64,000 bases of DNA. Source: Kondoa subrosea. Taxonomy: Eukaryota. The notes beneath the pieces are model-generated. The model was not told the DNA's origin, made no database searches, and saw only the letters and a program-made list of their open reading frames with translations. This document shows, one piece after another, positions 37,860-52,838 of the stretch; within the stretch, counting starts at the first letter, position 1, and the number at the start of each line of letters is the position of its first letter. The DNA lies in assembly GCA_039545335.1 (NCBI GenBank), contig BCIN01000002.1, positions 372,001-436,000 of the forward strand, written 5' to 3'. Both the position numbers and the translations under genes were made by a program.

Positions 37860-39833
37860 ATGAAGAACGTATGTCAAGCATACCGACGTCTTGAGGAGGC
37901 ATACGTCATGCGCAAAACTGGAGGCGAAGAAGCTCAGTCTGTTTTGGAAATGCCGATTCTGCATCAAGTGCTTTGGCTCTATCTAGACGTACTGGTCTAT
38001 TCACTGGGCTTCACTTATGAGCACATCTTACGGCCACTCTCTCTTCTGCTCGCGAAGGAGATTTATTGGGTCATTGAAAGTGTCGAACGGAAACAAGTCT
38101 TGGCTCATCTTGCTCAACGATGGCGCCAGTATCGAATTGTTCCGCTCAGGGGAGTCAAGACGACCAACATGGATAGCTTACCGCCAGAGATTATGCTTGT
38201 CATTGCGGAAGAGCTATGTTTGCCCTTGCATCAGCCTTGCTCTCGCGAAGCAGCGGCAGCAGTGCTGAGATTGCAGCTTGTATCGAAACGGTTTCGTACG
38301 TATTGGACTTGATTGACTTTCCACAGCATGACGTTTCGTAAATCCAGATGCTGCATTTGCCCATGCGAGAACTCTGGTAAACTTTGCAAGCCTCGATGAT
38401 TACAAGATGTGGACTGCTGCTCCTGTTATGTCGGCTAAGCAGACATTACATCTTGTCTGCGAACCTTTGGAATGCGATCATTCCGACATTACAGCTTTAC
38501 AGCTGCTCGCGTTATCTCGGGACATTAACGAAGTATCGAAGGCGAACATCAAAAGAGCTGCTCAGTCCACTCATCATCTGATACTCTCTGGTCAATATGG
38601 CGATTTCAGTATGCATGCCTTGGACACCATAAGCTCTCTATTGCGGCACCTTACTGTGCTCACCATAGCATGCGGCGAAAACATCGATCCAGTAATCTCA
38701 TCACGCATGTTTCCATTGCCATGTGCTCATGACCTCCCTCATTTACAACACCTAGAACTTATGATAACCTCAACTATGTTGTATGATCAACCAAGTGGAC
38801 CAGTACTGATCAACATTGATGATGTGGGATTACCCAAACTTCGGTCAATCCGTATTGATATGCCACGCCGATTGGGTGATTGGGCCTTCCACTTGTTCAG
38901 AAGGGTCTCTGCAACGCTTGAAGAATTGGATTTACAGATCAGCGGAAACCACGTTTACGCGACTACAGAAGGCTTGAGGGATATCGTGTGCCCGCGTTTG
39001 TGGAAATGTAGGCTGGGAATAACAGATGAAGGGAAAAGTGAAGGGCACGGAGCCTGGATGATGGTATTTTTCGCTGTCTTCACTCGATTTGCTCCAAACT
39101 TGCACACTTTCACTTTCACGCTCCACCAAGCATCACTACCGATGGACCTATTTCCTGCGACTTCGTCTTTTTCTTGCAATATGCCGATCTCAAATCTACT
39201 TTGACCGTGTGCACATTACCTTACCATGGCCCTTTCACAAGCACGGCAATAAAAACGCTGCTTCACTTCTTCGCTCATTCTTCAAGCCTCCGCCATGTTC
39301 ATCTTACCGTTGACAGCTATCCTATAGAGCAATTGAACGATCAAGCAGAAAAGCGCGGTTTCTCTGGATTCTACGAAGAAATCGCCTTACAACTCTTCAC
39401 TTCTTACTTTACCACTTTTCGTTTCCACTTACACAAAACCAAATCTCAGATCAACTATGAAATCAAATTACCTTTGAACGAGAAATCTTGGATTGTCGGA
39501 TTCACTTCAACGGGGGAAATCATTTGCGATGATTATACTAGAATGCTATCTTATAGGAAAGTATGGAGATGGCCTTATCAATTCTACGAGTCGGAGTTTG
39601 CGCATTTCTTTTCAGAGTCTGCGAGAATTGGTTGGGTTTTGTGGAACTCGGATAATCGAGAAAAGGTTTGGAAAGAGTATTGGGCAGTAGAGGTGCTTGA
39701 TGATGATGGAAGCAAGGAAGAAAAAGAAGCGCAGGAAGAGAGAGGAGAAATAGAAGGAGGAGTAGCGTTGATTGAAGATACAGCCGCGGTAGCGAGAATT
39801 GAAACGCAAGATGATGGAAGTGGAAGAAGATGA
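37860..39833 (+). pseudogene. Tandem F-box/LRR paralog with an apparent 1-nt frameshift near 39151 (pseudogene or sequence error)
   Basis: MDSLPPEIMLVIAEEL F-box and the same intron position (FR|gtacgt). Similarity to the upstream paralog switches frame between ORFs 38407-39204 and 39174-39833 with no suitable intron. Confidence 0.65.
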
Positions 39834-40319
39834 TTCACTAATGGATGCCGTGACCTTTATGGTGAGTTTTCCATGGTATGGCAGGAGTGTGCTGCTGACT
39901 AAGTGAGCCAGAAAGTCAATCTGATTCCTCGAAGCATCATGATCTCGGAAACACGAAACGCGAGAAGAAGAGTTTTCATTGAAATTGTGGGACTGCGGAC
40001 ATGTCAGCCATGCCTATTGCATCACGAAGGGAGTCGCTGTGACCATTTGTGACCTTGCCACTTTTCCTTTCGCGTTTGCACTTTTCTTCGCCAAGTCATG
40101 CACTCTCTTCATCTCTCGACCAAAGAGCCCAAACCCTTTCGAAAAAAGCCTTATAATTGCCCAGTTTAGCAGACTCTTACTAAAAGAAAACCCTACGTGT
40201 TGGCCCGTTCCTAACAACAGAAAACTCTTATAACGCCAAATCAAGCATCTGCGTAACCAGATACTAGCACACCCTCTCTCTCTCCCTCTCGTACGTATCC
40301 CTTGCACCATAAGCTGTGA

Positions 40320-42874
<2,555 letters not shown>

Positions 42875-43159
42875 TTGCGTGTTTTGGTCTATTCCGCTAA
42901 GGTGCAAGCTTTCTTTGTTGTACAACATTTAGAGAAGGTAGCTTGATGCGTTGAGGTCTTTTTTTCTGTATGAGCTGTTCTGCGTGCAATAATGAGAGCT
43001 ATTTTTCACTGGGTCAAATCTTTCGAAGCATGTCTCGGTCTTAGGTCTCAATATGTCGTGCGTGCCTTGCATCAATTCAAGGTATCACTATGCAACAAAT
43101 TCTAGCTTTTTGGGCGTCTATTGTGCATGTTTTATGAGCGTCTATCGTGCATGTTTTAT

Positions 43160-45632
43160 TCACCAAGAAAACTCTTCGGTATGCAAGTACACCTCGCGCG
43201 GTCCAGCTTTGCCAAAGACAATGTTCTTTTGCAATGCTGCCACAGCATTGCGCACATCCGCTACCATTGCTTCAGGACCACAAGCTGGTTATACTATCAG
43301 TCAACACTCGGCGGTCAAAAGGAAACACTGACTAGCAACACCCAAAGTCTGAGAGGGGACACTCTCTGCTGCAGCTGCAACTGATCTTGCAACATCTGCT
43401 CTGCTGAAAAGGATTTGTTTGCTGCCACCTAGTATGGAACTTCGCTTCTCGCTCTTCTCTGAAGGTGTTTCGACGGGCGAAGAATCAGAAGAAGTAGAGG
43501 AAAAGCCAGTAACGTGGTAGGTGACTTGAAGAGCACCAGAAGAACGGCGAATCAGATCATCAAGCATGCTTTCGCACCAAGTGATGGCTTCTTCATCTCG
43601 AACGGACCAAACAAGGCGGATGGATTTGCAAGGTAGGCATTTTGGAGCTCTTCGCATCCGATTGACCAAATCTTGAAGAAGAGGAAGAACATACGAGATA
43701 CCTGACCCTCCTGCAAGAAGAAGGCAAGAGTCGTACATTCCAAGATTGATTGGCGACGAATAAGGTCCGTCTAGCAAAACCATGATTCCTTTGTTGTCAC
43801 GTTCTTTGCCGCAGAATTTCATAAGCTTCTGAGTTACTCCGGCCTGCTCTCGCAAGTAGACAATCATTTCTTGATGACCAGTGGTGTATGGGCTGGCCAC
43901 ATTAGCGATAGTGAAAGGATGACTGGAGAGAAGCATCAGCCTATTCAGTAGGTAGAATTAAGCAGCTTACGACTGGAAGGGCTGGCATTGAATGAAGTTG
44001 AGGAAATAATGTTGGCCAGGTTGCCAGCTTTCGCGTGGGTTGCAGCGAATAGTAAGCTTGACCATTTTGGATGGAAGAACTTCGTAAGTAGCCCTTGGTA
44101 TGCCGCTGCCATTGAGATAGAACATGCGACCGAAACGATACAGCACGCTTCCAGCGAAGAGCGCAGTCGTAGCCCAAAGGTAATCCCAACTCTGAGCAGC
44201 AAGTATGAGCGCCAGAGAACTCCTTGAGCGTTCGAACTTACACCAAGCAGCTTGTTACAATGTACAAAGAAGAAGCCAGTAAACATGATGGCTGAGACGA
44301 CGTGCAGAAGTTTGAAGAGCTCGTCTGCCTCGAAATCAGTATAAGGCGGTAACGACAGATTATACGCACAATACTTTTTTCTAAAAACAGGTAGAGACGC
44401 CCAGCATAGCCAAGCAAGAATGACCAACAGCTGATTTGGCCAGTAAGTCAACGAAGTTCTGCCATGTGACCGGACTTACAGCGGTACCAGACCCTTAACG
44501 TTGTATTGTTAGCGGTCGCAAATTAAAGCAAGTGAAGTCCGCTCACAATAGTAGACCTGTTGCAATGTTTGTTAAGTTGATTTACGTTGAAGCACAAAGT
44601 ATGTCTGACCTTCTTAGCAATGTGCCATCTTTCCCAAAGCACGGTGTGATTACCAGTATTGGTCCATTTTGCGGTGTTAGGAGCTATTTCTCGCATACCT
44701 GCTATGCAGAAAGGGAAGGTATGGACCAAGGACAAGAAGAGAAAAAGATGAGATGCCCATTGATCTATTTCGATGAATTGCTTTAGCTGCTTGCTGGCTG
44801 AATTACGCGGGGAAATTGGCTTACGAAAGACTTGGAGCTTCTCGTGCGAGACACCTGTCAAGAAGCTGACGATGTTGGCTTTTGATCCAAAAGCGCTTCA
44901 AAAGAATGAGCAGCATTCTGCAATCTGCTTAGTATATGGACTCACATAATGAAAGGAAACAATCCGAGTGCCATGAAACCACTACCAACAAGTCAGTAGG
45001 ATGTACAAGGAGCTCAAGAGGTAATCTACGTTCTCATGCCCAAAGGTGGCGAACCAATCGCCCATTCTGAGCGGTAGTAAGGTCTCACAGCCCTAGCAGA
45101 TTGGAATAAGCTTGACATATTGTGTCGCAGCTATGAAGTCACCATGTCCAGGCTATCAATGAAATTCGTTAACCCTGCACAAACTTATAGAGAAGATACT
45201 TTGCTTACTGAAGGTAAAAAGAAAGACGGCCAGCATCAAGAGACCGACTCCGAGAACAGGGAAGTATCCCAGAATAGGAATCCGCTGTTGTCTCGAACTA
45301 AAATAGCGCAAAAAGGCTGCTATCCGTTTGTAAAGGGTCGATTTGCCAATTGCAGCAGAGAATCTCGACTTGATTCGTGCATGTTGGGCCATCCGTACAA
45401 TAATAACGAGAGCCATAATACCGCAGATGAAACCAGCGGTACCGTGAGCATATTTCTGAGCAGAAAAAATTAGGCCCAATTCAGGATTGGCGAAACAAGG
45501 CGCACAGGTGTCTTGTTGTATCTAGAAAGCCCTTCAGCGCTATGAAATACCGCTTAACTTGAAGACATACGGATCATGCCGAAGCTCAGGACTGTCACCA
45601 GTATTCATGCCATGGGAACTGCCATGATTCAT
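43160..45632 (-). CDS. Ferric/cupric reductase (FRE family), multi-exon
   Basis: TGVSHEKLQVF, HLFLFLSLVHTFPF, FKLLHVVSA..F.FFVHC, HPFTIAN (FAD), LDGPY, LLAGGSGISY (NADPH), CGP and LHTEEFSW*. Confidence 0.92.
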
Positions 45633-45719
45633 TCTTGCTACCCAGTCTTTGAGCGCTGGTGCAACTCTATGGAAACAAGCATGAGTACAGTGACACTCAA
45701 CAAATACATAATGATCGTA

Positions 45720-46190
45720 CAGCAAAATTGCAAAATCTGTGTCCACCTGCACGACAGACTGAAGCAGAACTTGCGTTGGCTATGAAGAAAGAGAAGAGAT
45801 GGATGTCCAAGACTGGTTCTGAGCAGATTTCGCGCAAACATGATGATAGCTAAAAAAGCGCAGCCCAGTCCTTGTACACAAGACATAGCGTTTGACGACA
45901 TGCCAAGCTTGCATATTGTTGCGTCTTCAGCCAAGATGCGAGCTTTTCGCTGCCGACAGCGAGGCTCTGAGAGAGTAGTGTCAGTCTCAAGTAGCACCAG
46001 TCTTGTCGAGCCCAGCAGAGACACCGGGAACAGGAGCGGAAGTTAGGGAGCGGTGCCAAGGACAAGCTCAAATCTTGCTGCCAGTTGCTGGCTGGTGTAT
46101 GATTCGTCGAGGACTGCGACAGCAGCTGCTAATTTGTAAGATGAGAATCGTAGGTATAAACTAGCCCGAAAGCGAGAGTAGGAGCAAAGG
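45720..46190. promoter_or_regulatory. Candidate copper-responsive (Mac1/Cuf1-type) elements upstream of the FRE gene
   Basis: ATTTTGCTGT (minus, ~45719-45728), TTTGCGCG (minus, 45831-45838), ATCTTGCTG (plus, 46072-46080) and TTTGCTC (minus, 46182-46188). Short motifs that could arise by chance. Confidence 0.3.
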
Positions 46191-46472
46191 AAAGATTTAG
46201 CGGACAATTGCGCTGCGCAGTGTCCGTTTCTGAGGACAAACAGGCGACCGCTACTAGGAGCTGAGATAAGCACCTGAATCGAGAGGCACACAGAGAGCTA
46301 AATAGCTTGTTGTTGGTTCCAAGCCAACATCATTCCCTCCGCGGAAATTAAGATTGTGCAAGGACATCGTGTATAACATGAGCGAGTCAATAATGAAAGC
46401 TAGCAATGCATAATACTGAAATACTGATGAGATGATATCAAAGAAAACCCTTTCGTCATTCCGATCTGTCCC

Positions 46473-47297
46473 TTAGCAGCAGCATCCACTATCAACGTTG
46501 CTAGCGACAATAGTAGCTGTGTCTCTTCCGAAAACGGTGTATCCAGCAGTTCCGCCCAAGAAGATTGCAAAGAGGATCTTTGTAGAACGTTCGCTCAGAA
46601 GTGCAAAGACAATGAAGCAAAATAGCGAAAGAACTCACAAATCCATTGAAATACATTCCTAGAAGCATGAGAATGAAAGCAGCAGTAAATTGACTTCCAT
46701 AGAGAGCACCGCGGATCATTTGTTGAGGCCAAGTAACAACTTGAGCAGGAGTGCTTCACGCGCTGTCAGCTAGATCTACATGATGCAAGCCGGACTCACT
46801 AGATACCAGCTAAGTTAGGGTTTTTGCCCTTAGCCAAAGTCTCGACGCTTTCACTGGCAGCTTGGGCAATGGTAGCTTGAGCGATCAATCGACGATCGAA
46901 TTCGCGGTGCTGACATGTCTTGTGTGAGCACCAGGAGTAGGCTGAAATCGGGAGTCACCTACAATACGACGAACACCTTCGATAGCGAAAGCCAAGGCAA
47001 AGACACCCAGAACAGAAAGAGCAAAGATCCCTTTCGATTTGACGTGCCACGATGCGGCGAGGAAGCAACTGTCGACAGTGTACCAGCTGAAAAAATGGTC
47101 AGCAAGAGGAAAGAGAAAGGAGAAGTTATCCGCACTTCCACAGCATCGAGATCTATCCTTCCGATCAGCTAAGCACAAGCGCTTAGGTCTTAGTACTAAC
47201 CTTGCATGCGTTTCCGCCCATCCCCATATCATGTCCTGACATATCTGCTGGAAGATTAGCATGCATGTGTCAATTATCAGGACGAGCACTGACCCAT
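46473..47297 (-). CDS. Ctr-family copper transporter
   Basis: Met-rich start MADMSGHDMGMGGNACKISMLW, WYTVDSCFLAASWH, TM2 MxxxM motif (MLLGM), and C-terminal ...GCCC*. Confidence 0.93.
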
Positions 47298-47863
47298 TGT
47301 GATTGTAGATTGCTAAAGAGCGATTGGACTGCAATTGGATTACAGCAGTGAGAGGATAAGGAAAGTGAAGTCAAGCGGAAAGAGAGCGAGAGAGAACGAT
47401 TCGTGGAGAGATGCAAGCTGAAATGCCTCTCTGTTCCGGATACGCGTTCCGGAAGGCAGCTCGTCATGTAGAGGTCCGCTGAAGTGAGTGTTGGAATCGA
47501 GCAGGAGCGAGAAGGAGCTGGGACGGAATAACCTTGGAACGACGCGGCGAAAGAAAGAATTAACGCGTTTCCCGATCAAAACTGCAGTAGTAAAAACGAT
47601 TGCGTGATTCGAGTAGGCTGCAAGTGTAGGTACATTCGTAGTGCACATTCATTTCGTAGATTTGCATCGCATCTTGTGTCCAGCCTTCCAATCGGCCACC
47701 TGACATTCCTTGAGTGTATACTTTAGTCTTCGATACGTATGCGAGGAACGTCAGCTTACCGTGGAATCGTATCGCACAGCTTGACATCTCGAACATCTCT
47801 TCGACAGGGTGTCTGCCTTGTATCCTTCTGTCATACTGTCCCAGGGCGATAGTTCTTTCCGAT

Positions 47864-48978
47864 TCAGTTGCCGAGGGCATTGAGCATAGGCGCATCCATA
47901 TTCCCAGGGGACTCGTTTGTCAGCAGAGGGTTGCAGGTGATGACAGCCCAAGTTCTATCAGACAGAACTTCAGAATGATGCATCCATCTGACAAAGAGAT
48001 GTCTCACGGCCAATGCACCAGTCCATTGTCGCAGTACCAAGCCCGCTAGAGCGTTTCTTGAATTCAAGTCTTCCTCCTCCTCCTCTATCACTTTATCTGG
48101 CCACAATGTCCTTTGCAATTCCCTATCTGCTCCGAAACATCATTCACAATGCAATTCTAGGATGACGGGCAGACCAACTCTGTTGCCGCAAGGATCTGTG
48201 TTCCGAGTTTGACGTAAGCATTATCTTCATGCGCGAACGCATGAGCGAGTCTACGCTCTTGAAATGCTTTGCTGCTAATTGCAGTATGGTCAAATCGAAA
48301 GGCAATCTACATCCTGGTTTGCGGCATGGTGCAATATGGTTTATAGTCGAACAACATTGTATGACAGTATTCATGTGATTCATATCAGGTCGCCATCGAT
48401 TCCCGCGAGCAGGTGTATCAAGGAATGTTGAAGCCGCTTTACAAATCTCGTCTGCGGCTTTTGCACTGAGCTGAACGACACCAGCTTCTAAAGTCCACTG
48501 AAAGGCTTCCATAGGATCCGCAGCTAGAATTTGAGCGCTGTTGATAAGTTCGAAGGCATTGTACAAAATTAGGATTTTGATCTCTTCAGCCGATTTCGGT
48601 TTCTTAGCTTGCTGAGCCGCTTTGCCCTTAGCCGTCTTGTTAGCCCTCGGCGCATTTTCATTCATGAAACACCAATCTTGACTGCCTCCATAGAGCAATT
48701 GTCTAGATTTCGAGCATAAGGTTCATCCATCCATGCAGATGGGGAGTGTATGGAATGTACCTCTCTGCACAAGAGACGACGCTGAAGAACCATTCACGGC
48801 TCTTGGGTCGAACCAATTCACCGCGACCTTTGGCTTCCTTGCCTGAAATAAGGGAATCACTCTCTTCTGTAGCTTCCTTGTTCAGAGCAGCCAATTCATC
48901 TTCCAGAGCACATAGTAAATCCTCATCCAAGATACTGCGATCTGCTATTCTTGCAGCTGGAGATTTCGCCGAAGACAT
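47864..48978 (-). CDS. Hypothetical protein, multi-exon
   Basis: Three consecutive minus-strand ORF blocks separated by intron-like gaps. No family recognised. Confidence 0.45.
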
Positions 48979-49181
48979 TGCTTCGAGTTGTCAAGACTAG
49001 CAGGCTTCCAAATGTACAGGTCAAAGGCTGTCGTTATTAAGAGCTCTTGACCTGGTATATAGCGACTTCTTGGTATCTTCAATCTGATATCAATTGGTCA
49101 TGCGAGGTCAACCGCTCAAGTTTCTCCACACAATATTGAATCTATAGCGAAGCTATATGTTGCACTACTATTGAACCCTCT

Positions 49182-50913
49182 CTATTCTACCTTAACAGAC
49201 CACTGACTCTCTATCTCTCCATATTGATGCGCTACCAGTTCCTTGAGCATAGCTCGAGCAACATCACCCAACCCATCTTCACCAACAGGAACAGGGATAT
49301 CTTGACCCATATAACCCAAATTTTTCACCGGACTCACTACAGCAGCTGTACCAGAACCAAACATTTCTCTTAACCGACCTTGTTTTTGAGCAACAACAAT
49401 TTCAGGCATAGTCAACTTCCTTTCTACCATTTCCAAATTGTTTGGTAGACCAGCTAAACGTTTCGATCCTGATGCATGAGCGTGCGCTAGTTCCAGTATG
49501 GAGTCTCTTGTTACTCCGGGTAGGACCATATCTTCTAGTGGAGGTGTTATGAGTTGAGGAACTGATTGCGAGATGAGTGGTTCAGACTGAGGAATACGAG
49601 GGAAGTAGTAAAGTTACTCACCTCCAGCTTCATTCTCCAGAACAACAAAGAGATTCATTGTACCAACTTCAGTCAAATAGTGTTCAGGTCCAAAGAGCCA
49701 AAGAATTTGCTGATGCCCTTGAGCTGCTGCTTCTATTTGCGGTCTGCATTCGATCTTTCAGTATACGCCATAGCAAGAGAAGGCAAGGCATACACAACAC
49801 CTGATGCATAATTCGACCCAAGCTATCCACAAAATCAGCCAAAAAAAACAGGTTCAGCCGAGGAAGACATACTTTGTACGCGCCAGTACCGCCTGGAAAT
49901 GCTCGAACATATTGTGTGGTCGCTAACAAGCTTACAGGCCTATAGACGAAACCCTGTTTTAGCAACTAGACCCAATTGCCCTCAAAATCGACTCACTTGA
50001 ACCCAGTCTTGTAATATGGTCCAACAGGGGAGGCAATAACGAAAAGCAGCACATCCGTGGATGCACCAACACCCAGAGCCGCTTGTGTACCAATCATAGT
50101 AGGTCGAATGTAGAGCGAATGACCAGGTTCTTTAGGTATCCAATTCTTGTCCATACTGACTAGTTTCTTGATCAAAGAAATGACGGCTTCTCCATCGAAA
50201 TCAGGGAAAGCCAATCTTTTAGCTGAATGCTTCACTAGAATGCATTTTTAGTTGAAGGTTCATTTCGAAGGGGTTTGGACAACTAACTTCGAGCCATATT
50301 CTTATCTGGACGAAATAGTCTCGGTGATCCCGATTTGTCCAAATAGGCTTTCAGTCCTTCGAACAAGCAAGGTGCGTAGTGGAAAACAGTAGAAGAAGGA
50401 TCTAGATTGAGAGGTCCATAAGGTACTATTGAAGGTGCTGCCCAACCAGTCTCGACGTTCCATGGTATAAGAAGCATCTTCGCACAATACAAACATTATG
50501 ACTCGGTCCGAGGTAGCATGATCTCTCGACTTACATGATCGGTAAAGGTATGCCCAAACTGAAGCTCCGAATTGGGTGGCGGTGTCTTCCTGTTAGTAGA
50601 CTCTTGTACAGTCAAAGCGGAAAACTGTACAGATGAAATCCAGCATAAGTCGAGTCAAACATTCAGTCGGCCAGGCAAATAGGCGCACATCTATGTCCGG
50701 CGAAGGATGAGCCGCAGCAGCTTTCGTTCTCGCTTCCGATGGTCTGGCGCTTGCTGTATCAGGGCTAGCTTCCAGTTCCGTCAAGACTTGAGATTTATTC
50801 AACAGCGGGAGAGAGGTGGTCAGAGATCTTCTGGCTAGCTGCTGTGTCGCCGGTGAGCGAGCAGCTGATTTGGCTGCTGCCCGTAGCAGCGTTCGCTTGC
50901 TGCAATTCAGCAT
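49182..50913 (-). CDS. BAT1: Branched-chain amino acid aminotransferase (mitochondrial presequence)
   Basis: FGHTFTDHML, VFHYAPCLFEGLKAY, SLYIRPTMIGT, YVRAFPGGTGAYK, LTEVGTMN, LPGVTRDSILEL and EMFGSGTAAVVSPV. Confidence 0.96.
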
Positions 50914-51332
50914 TCGGGTGTAGGTGACCGAAATTCGTTGTTGTCGAAAGACAGCGAGGGCTGCCAATTTGTAGCGGATGCCTGCAGACTCACGTGTCCG
51001 TAGTTATGCTACTATCTCGCTCCGGCGTAGACCCTTCAATTCAGCGCACATCGTGTCCGCGGCTTTGCTTCGATTATTCCGTTCTCATATCTGCTCTGCT
51101 TTGCGTTTAATGCACTTGTAAGGTGACAGACATCGAGCGTGATATCAAGCTGTACCTGGACAACAACTTTGCCAGTCGCCAAGTTAGCAAGTTTCGTTGC
51201 CCATTGTTTCGTTCAGAGCAACACCGAGCGCAACTTCTTGGCTTTCTCGTTTGACTACCTATCTTCTTCTTCTTCTCCTTTATCTGCCAATCTGTACAAA
51301 ACTTTACTATACTCCGCTGGTCGAAGTCAATC

Positions 51333-52641
51333 ATGTTTAGATCTATGTCGTTCTTTGCTTTGACTGTATTTTTGGCTGTATTGCAATTGGTTTCTGGGCA
51401 TTCAATGATGCAACAACTGAGGGTGGATGGGAAAGGTCAGGGACTAGCGAAAGGTGGCTCCCAATTTGTTTAAAATTGTCCTACGAAGGCTGACTTCTTG
51501 TGGAAGGCATCAGGATGCCTGCTTCGAATGCGCCAATCAAAGGTATGGTATCTGATCGACCTTGCCTAACTGAAACTCATGGGTAGACTCACAGATGTCT
51601 ACTCGAACGATATGACGTGTGGTAATGGTGAAAATACAGCAGCAGCAGAATATATCAATATGAAACCAGGCCAAGAACTTGGATTTCAATGGAGGCACGA
51701 TCGTGAACTGAAAGGCATTGTGATGACTGCTGGTCATTGGGGCACAGAGGCGCTTTACGTAGCTCCTGCAGCATCGGAAGGCAAAGGAGACGGTAGGCAA
51801 TGCTTTATCTTACAGTTTACCGCTTCTTACCGATACCTTGTCAGTCTGGATCAAGCTGATGGAATCAGGATTACCGGACAACAATGGTGACAAGCCTTTT
51901 GACGACCTAAGAGCGAACGATGGTATGCTCAAAGCTTTGGATTTTTGAGATGTACTCATGTAGGCGTTATAGGTATTCATACTGTCACCATTCCTGATCT
52001 GGAAGATGGAGACTACCTCTTCCGAGCTGAACTATTGTCTTTGCATCAAGCGATGGATCTTAATGGTGCCCAATTTTATATCTCCTGTTTGTCCTATCTG
52101 TTCCTTCAGTCGACTGTCCTGATACAGCCTGATTAGGTGCTCAAATTAGAGTCTCGGGTGGAAGCAAACCTTTGCCCAAGGGAATAGCGCTACCTGGCGA
52201 CTACGATCCCAAAGACCCAGCGATCTTATTCACGGGTCATAGAGATACTGTTGTCGGCTACAAAGGTACGCTCACATCACTGAATTATTGATCTTTCAAC
52301 TGACCTGACACTCTGCAGCTCCCGGAGGAGATGTGTACAATTTCGATGACACTGCTGCAACATCACCTAAAGAAGCTCAGGTCAAACCTGCGCCAACAGA
52401 TGCGACTCCTTCTGGTGTAGAGAAAGCTCAGGCTAAAGCAAGCCCAACTAAAGTCAACGCTCAAACTGCGCCTAAAGCTGATACTTCTTCCTCAGCTACA
52501 AGCAGGAAATGTATTCGACGTCGCTCAACTTCACTCAGGAGACGAGCCGAAAGCGCTTATCATCGTTATTTGGGAGCAGTACTGAAGCGCGATGTACACT
52601 TGCGAATGGAGAAGAGGATTGTTGGATCTTACCATGTCTAG
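51333..52641 (+). CDS. Secreted AA9-type lytic polysaccharide monooxygenase
   Basis: Signal peptide ending LVSG followed by His1 (HSMMQ), GHWG second His, [10 protein letters not shown] and [11 protein letters not shown] linker and basic tail. Confidence 0.88.
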
Positions 52642-52838
52642 CTGGTAAATCGAGTAGTATATTGATAACATAGGATGATCTGCTGGCCAGATCAATGCAA
52701 TCTCTTCTGAGACCTTTACCTGCTTTTCGCTTTGATCGATAACAAGCCGAACGCCTGGGCTGCATATTATACAAGTCTAGAACCAGCTCGACTTGCTCGC
52801 TCAACGTATCTGCTGTATCAATGAAATGCATTGCAGAT

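Noticed and set aside
45638..46291. Several short ORFs between FRE and CTR
   Set aside because: No protein-like composition or consistent splice pattern. Better explained as promoter or intergenic sequence.
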